The notes under the pieces: model-generated | Told to the model about the DNA's origin: nothing | Seen by the model: only the letters and a program-made list of their open reading frames with translations | Databases searched by the model: none | Assembly: GCF_006345805.1 (NCBI RefSeq) | Contig: NC_042999.1 | Coordinates: 24,862,001-24,926,000 of the forward strand | Origin: Octopus sinensis | Taxonomy: Eukaryota | Reading direction: 5' to 3' | DNA: 64,000 nt | Part shown: positions 55,640-64,000 of the stretch, piece after piece | Position numbering within the stretch: position 1 is the first letter of the stretch | How the letters are laid out: each line of letters opens with the position of its first letter | Position numbers and translations under genes: made by a program

Positions 55640-56900
55640 CCACAGGATTAGAAATGCTCAACTAAAGAGAGATGCAGGGGACATGCCTGTATGCGAGGAC
55701 AACCACAATTTTACTTTGTTTGATGTGTATTCTCAAGCATTGTAAATTGCCAGGAGTCTTATCCCATCTGTGAGGCCTAACGTATGAAGATCCTTACCAC
55801 TTCATCTGTCTTCCTCTACTTTTTCCGTGTTCTCTTCACAATTAGTTGCATCAAGAAGCATCAATCTCTGTCTTCATTCATATGTATTACATGACCGCAC
55901 CAGCACAGACTTCTCTCTTGCACACATCTGATGCTTTGTATACCCAGTTTTTCTCTCAAATCACTTACACCGTCGTATATGCACACTGATATTACCCAAC
56001 CAGTTGAGCATACCGGCTTTATTTCTTTCAAGCCTTCACATGTCCTCAGTAGTCACAGCCCATATCCTACTGCCATGTAGCATAGCTTTTCTGTATACAG
56101 GCATCATACAATCTGCCTTTCACTCTGAGGGAGAGGCTCGTTGTTACCAAGAGGTAGCAGCTCTCTCAACTTTGCCCAGCTTATTCTTATTCTAGCAGCT
56201 ATGCTTTCAGAACAACCTCCACCACTACTAATCAAGTGCTTCTACAAATTTCCCCCTTTCTGCTTCTTCCCTGGCCCAGTATACCTGTTTTCTAGCTATC
56301 TGATATAGTTCTCTGCTACCATTATTCTTCCAGACCCGTTTCTTTGCTCCAATGGCCTTATCTACAATATCATTCCACCACTACATCATCCTTGGTCTGG
56401 TTTGGGCTTTGCATCAGCCACAGATTTGGTCTGTAGTACTCAGCAAGCTCTCCTACAGGAACTCCCAGTTGTCCTCTATTTTAGAAGTCTAGTCCCTCTT
56501 CCGCTTTGTTAAATTTCTCAGTTAGGGTGTCCCTAAATCTCTGACCATTTAAAGGATCCTTAAACTTCTAAATCTTTTTTCCAGATTGGTCTGCTAGCCT
56601 AAAGTCGCTAATGACTAATCTATGCATAGGGGTACACTCTTCCCTAGGGAACATCTTTGCATTTATGAGCAGCCATGTTGTCTATTGAGAATGTAATCAA
56701 TCTGGTTAGCAAGGTCACCTGATTGATAGGATATCAGGTAACTGGCTGGCTTTCTGAAATTAGGTTATTTGTATCCAGCAGCTTTGCTCCCTCCTCATTT
56801 TGGGAACCAATTCCAAGGCCCCCACGTGCATCATGGAAGATACCTGGGTGCTGCTCAACATGTCCATTGAAATCACCAGCCACAGAAGCTATGAGAGAAA
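55640..56900 (-). mobile_element. Decayed RTE LINE (APE endonuclease to 3' region, internally deleted)
   Basis: VAGDFNGHVEQHPG.F....GG.G.GSQNEEG.KLL (APE) near 56880; WWNDIVDKAI.AKK...WK near 56380. Confidence 0.8.
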
Positions 56901-57370
56901 TATACTCCAACAGTATACACTGAGAAAACTAATTGCTGAACATTGTATTGATTAACAGTGTTAATTTAATTATCCTATGGGTTAACTCGGTACAATTTAG
57001 GATCTGAGAATACTAACAGCGGATCTGTGTTGACAACAATGTTAATAAAATCCAAGAGTTTGCAGAGGGATTGAAAGGATATTCCCATTCCTTCCACTAA
57101 CTAAACTTGACACCTTCAAACTGCTAGGTAAGTCACAGAAATATTGGGAGCTTCAGCAGGCTAAATTGCCCTAGTAAACACTACAAAAGTTTCTTTGATC
57201 TAGCATTACTAATAATTTATCAAATAGCATTCTGGAATCACTTAATGAGGATCTATTTTTTTTTATGCATTTATTATGAGCCAGTACTACATAAAAAACA
57301 CTCGGTGCCATGTGGAAGCGCTCAAGCCAGTGCCACATTAAAAGCACACACTGCAAAGTGGTTGATGTTA

Positions 57371-57602
57371 AGGCGGCGAGCTGGCAGAAGCGTTAGCACG
57401 CCGGGCAAAATGCTTTGCGGTATTTCATCTGCCGTTACGTTGTGAGTTCAAATTCCGCCAAGGTCGACTTTGCCTTTCATCCTTTCAGGGTTGATAAATT
57501 AAGCACCAGTTACGCACTGGGGTCGATGTAATCGACTTAATACCTATGTCTGTCTTTGTTTGTCTCCTCTATGTTTAGCCCCTTGTGGGTAATAAAGAAA
57601 TA
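57371..57602 (+). mobile_element. SINE family B inserted into a family C tail
   Basis: 11-bp TSD GGTTGATGTTA; host sequence resumes as GGAAGGGCATCCAGC. Confidence 0.88.
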
Positions 57603-57884
57603 GGTTGATGTTAGGAAGGGCATCCAGCCTTAGAAAGCAAGCCAAATCAGACTGGAACCTGGTGTGGCTTCTCAGCTCTGGTCAAATCAATGCCAGCAGG
57701 GAAAATGGGCATTGAAGATAATGAAACCACAAATTTCGTGGAATTACTGCGTAAGGTATTAATATTTGTACCTTTTAGAGTAGTGGATTTGGCAGAATTA
57801 TTTGATAGTTGAACCAAATGTCTTTCTGGTCTTTTACATATTAAGTTCAAGTCCCAAGGGTGACAAAATAAGTACTAGGGCCTA

Positions 57885-58135
57885 TAAAATTCCTTTTATA
57901 GCTTGGAGGACTATGATAAACAAAAGGGGGCTAAGAATTGATCGCTGGCGGACTCCTACTTGTATACTAAATTCCTTGCTATACTCATTGACGACTTTCA
58001 CCTTAATGACTACATCCCAATACATGACTTATAGCTCTTACCATCCACTCGTCTATCCCTAGTTTCTGCATTGACTACCAGATAAGGGAGTGGGGGACCA
58101 TCAAAGGCTTTCTCCATGTCAACAAAAACCTACAC
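57885..58135 (-). mobile_element. RTE LINE reverse transcriptase fragment
   Basis: FVDMEKAFD...EYSKEF.IQVGVRQ.SILSP.LFIIVLQA. A related +strand fragment (KVGVLRSSLLDPLLFI) lies at ~55260-55340. Confidence 0.82.
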
Positions 58136-58337
58136 TAAGGTTGTAGCAATATGCCTATGTAATATATTGATATCTGACTTTAAGGAGTAAAGGGCAAATT
58201 GCTTCCTCGATAAAAAAATAATTCAAAGTTGTTTTCTCAATCAAGGTAAAATGTGCCTGGTATGCAAACCTCTACTTGGTCATTTGATCTGTAAGAAATA
58301 ACAGCCAAACCTTCAAAAAAAAAAATCACCCAAATCA

Positions 58338-58662
58338 TCATCGTCATCATCATCATCGCTTAATGTCCGCTTTCCATGCTAGCATGGGTTGGACGGTTCA
58401 ACTGGGGTCTGGGAAGCCCGAAGGTTGCACCAGGCCCAGTCAGATCTGGCAGTGTTTCTACAGCTGGATGCCCTTCCTAATGCCAACCACTCCATGAGTG
58501 TAGTGGGTGCTTTTTACGTGCCACTGGCACAGGTGCCAGACAAGGCTGGTGAACGTCCACGCTCGGATGGTGCTTTTTACGTGCCACCGGCACGAAGGCC
58601 AGTTGATGCGGCACTGGCTACGGCCACGTTCGGGTGGTTTTCTTATGTGTCACCGGCACTGG
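58338..58662 (-). mobile_element. Family C retroposon
   Basis: (CAT)n, tail motif and VNTR units. Confidence 0.87.
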
Positions 58663-58823
58663 TCAATGTCTTTAAAAAAAGGACACGAGATAATGTAGTA
58701 TTAGATATACTACTTGAATAAAAACGGGATAGTCACTACTAGAATACTTTGCTTGCCAGCTGAGCTGATAATATAATGGCTAGGGGAGAAACAAACCCGG
58801 GGCTAAACAATAAGGAAATTTAC

Positions 58824-59229
58824 GGATCTTTTCGGTTTGAACGGCAGTTTTTCCTAGCGGTGTCATATGAAATTGTCACCCATAATTATGACCCTAGTAT
58901 CGATCTATTGCATTTCAATCTGTGTTAGGGGTGGGGGGAAGGGTATCTTTTTTTCTTCACAAATGTAAATAAACCCAATCTGTTTCTTAAACGAGGGACA
59001 TATTCATACGGCACAGAATGCTTTTTACCTCAATAGACGTCATTGATTGGTTGAAATTGCAGAAATTGAAGAAAAAAAAACAACAAATATCTTACAAACT
59101 ATAGAATTTTCTCAATAAAGCCAAGAGAAAAAGATGTTTTATAAACACGTTCTACCAGTATACGAAGTTTAAAATTTTTTAGTTGCCTAGAAATTATGTT
59201 AAAAACTGCCATTCAAACCGAAAAGATCC
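58824..59229 (-). mobile_element. GGATC MITE, inverted copy
   Basis: Intact TIRs; flanked by a 10-bp direct repeat GGAAATTTAC. Confidence 0.9.
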
Positions 59230-59859
59230 GGAAATTTACATTGGCTAATAAGATTGAGGACAGTGATTGAAAAATAGATTGGGTAGTGATGGATGGAGCA
59301 TTTACTTAATCAGGACTGAACAAGGGCTAAATAATAATTGTACAGAGAGAAATTAAACATGAAAACCTGTAAGGAATTTTCAGACTGTTTTTATTTTGAC
59401 AAAACACAAACAACTTTTTGTAAATTAACTAATTTAATACACATAAATGTTCTAATTAACAGCATACATCATCTAATTAGAGACACACACTCACACACAA
59501 TCTGTTTTTTTTTTTATTCCTGTTGACTGCTCTTGTATGTATTCACACTTTCCTGAAGAGAAAAGAAAAGTAACAATTAGGAACATAATTCAGATCAGAC
59601 ATCAAAATTAAATTATTTGATTTTCCTCCTTTAACAACTAAACTCATGTGATTTTCCACAATAATGTTTTTGTAGAATTGCTGTAAGAAAAGTCAAGTAG
59701 GTATCAATGTCATAGGGTTGGAAAACATCACAAACACTAGCATTTCTCTCTGACTGAAAATAAAAGACAAACCCTACTGACTAGAATATCAATGTCTCAC
59801 ACTGTTGTCATCAATGTTACTTTGGATCCTTGACAAAGACAGTCAACTGTTTAATATAA

Positions 59860-60570
59860 TCAGTGGTTGTGTGATTCCTTTAATGTGTGTTAGTGGAGGC
59901 ACATTGTCTTGTTACTGCATCATCCCTCTATACATCTTATACTATAGACTACATTTCTGGCTTTACAGTTTGTTTGTGGGCTAAATCTACACACGGTAAA
60001 GTTCCTATCAGTACAGGGGGTTCTACTAAAAGGGTAGGTTCTACCGATTATGGATTTGATAGGGTTGCCTGGCCTGTCAACAACCTTAATCCTTAGCTTA
60101 AGTTTGTCTAGGGTTCTTCTAAAGCGGTACGCCAGTTCACCTCTAGGGGTGGTGTCGACGAACATGACACTCTGGTATTTGTGGCTATCATACCAAGAGT
60201 TGGCCTTCCTTATTTTCTTCTTTGTCCTTTCAATGACTTGCTCCTATAGAGTGGGCAAATTCCATTCCTATCATTACATAAGATAGCATCAAATTTCTTC
60301 ATGGCTCCTTTGTATACGCTGATCCTTTCTTTATGGCTGTAACCTGAGAACTGCATGCGGTGAACGAAATGTTCTATGTGTCTCTTTAACTCTGTAGGCT
60401 CGCACATGCGGGATACATTTCGCATTATTCTGACGAAGTCTGCCATCAAAATATTGAAATTGGCATTGTCCGCGATAGCCGAGTTCCTGTGGATCAAGTA
60501 TTTGGAGGCCATAGGTTTGGCATAGTACGAACGAAGGATTTGCGCTTTATAAAAAAATAAATAACACTGA
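59860..60570 (-). mobile_element. Penelope-like element fragment (RT thumb, Cys-rich linker, start of GIY-YIG region)
   Basis: H.NSA.......L.....R.MRN...MQFSGYS; FV..TP.GELA.......L.IKVV.R.G...KS......PF....C....C.....NCK.RNVVYSIRC. I recognise this pattern from Neptune-type PLEs. Confidence 0.72.
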
Positions 60571-60712
60571 AGCAAAGTAACACCAAATATATAGTGCGTG
60601 TGTTTTTATTGGCTAAACTGGCAAAATGACCATTCCGAAATACAACAATATCTGTTTCAACACATGATTTCACATCAAAAATCTTGCAAAACAAATATAT
60701 ATATATATCTTT

Positions 60713-60970
60713 ACACTGGCTTCCGTGCCGGTGGCACGTAAAATGCACCAATCCGACTGTGGCCGTTGCCAGCCTCGCCTGGCACCTGTGCAGGTGGCAC
60801 GTAAAAAGCACCCACTACACTCACGGAGTGGTTGGCGTTAGGAAGGGCATCCAGCTGTAGAAACATTGCCAGATAAGACTGGAGCAGCCTTCTGGCTTCC
60901 TAGATCCCTGGTTGAACCGTCCAACCCATGCTAGCATGGAGAACGGACATTAAACGATGATGATGATGAT
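60713..60970 (+). mobile_element. Family C retroposon
   Basis: Tail motif and (GAT)n. Confidence 0.87.
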
Positions 60971-61082
60971 CTTTAGTACGTGTTTGTGTCATCATCATTT
61001 AAGCATAGACTATCATTTAACATCCATGTTTAAATGATAATGACACACATAAACACTCTAAATATTACTGTATGTGTGTGTG

Positions 61083-61129
<47 letters not shown>

Positions 61130-61143
61130 TATATATAAATAAT

Positions 61144-61174
<31 letters not shown>

Positions 61175-61177
61175 AAT

Positions 61178-61650
61178 CATCATCATCATCATCATCATCG
61201 TTTAGCATCCGTTTTCCATGCTAGCATGGGTTGGACGGTTCTACTGGGGTCTGTGAAGCCAGAAGGCTTCATCAGGCCCAGTCAAATCTGGCAGTGTTTC
61301 TACCGCTGGATGCCCTTCCTAACGCCAACCACTCCGTGAGTGTAGTGGGTGCTTTTTACGTTCCACCCGCACTGGTGCCAGACAGAGCTGGCAAACGGCC
61401 ACGAACGGATGGTGCTTTTTATGTGCCACCGGCACGAGGGCCAGGCGAGGCTGGCAACGGACACGAAACGGGGCGGTGCTGGCAACGGTCGCGAAACGGA
61501 AAGTTCTCTTACATGCCACCGGCACTGGTAACACATCTGCAATTTCCATTGATCGATTTCGATTCTGATCGTCACTTGCCTCAACGGGTCTTCACAAGCA
61601 GATTTTTGACATGCCACCGGCACTGGTAGCACATCCGCAATTTCCATTGA
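61178..61650 (-). mobile_element. Family C retroposon
   Basis: (CAT)n, tail motif, VNTR units and the TTCCATTGAT head module (twice). Confidence 0.87.
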
Positions 61651-61654
61651 ATAT

Positions 61655-64000
<2,346 letters not shown>

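Noticed and set aside
57700-57760. Exon-like ATG...AAG|GTATTA segment
   Set aside because: It overlaps the decayed (GAT)n tail of a family C copy and shows no protein similarity that I recognise.

Overview
Eukaryotic, AT-rich, repeat-dense animal DNA. The repeat landscape suggests a coleoid cephalopod such as Octopus (inference). The window holds one complete protein-coding gene on the + strand: COG7 (conserved oligomeric Golgi complex subunit 7). I assembled it by hand from 24 GT-AG coding exons (7612..52597, 2274 nt, 757 aa, all phases consistent). The rest is transposon-derived or simple sequence: a decayed Gypsy pol, RTE, CR1 and Penelope fragments, at least five SINE families, GG-ended MITEs with 8-10 bp TSDs, a piggyBac MITE, Helitron-like elements and long TA/CA tracts. 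The most interesting signal is a set of small non-coding elements in COG7 introns that carry minimal type I hammerhead ribozyme (HHR) motifs. (1) A near-intact sense-strand HHR sits in the loop of a ~148-bp-arm inverted repeat (28384..28810). (2) A 547-bp palindromic element with a 14-bp TSD has two head-to-head tRNA-like Pol III heads, each followed by a degenerate HHR (19519..20065). (3) A third minimal HHR lies at 20399..20434. Also notable are a perfect 206-bp-arm palindrome in intron 3, several other long hairpins and a decayed copy of part of exon 19. All calls were made by eye; no database search or folding program was run, and repeat boundaries are approximate unless a TSD is quoted.
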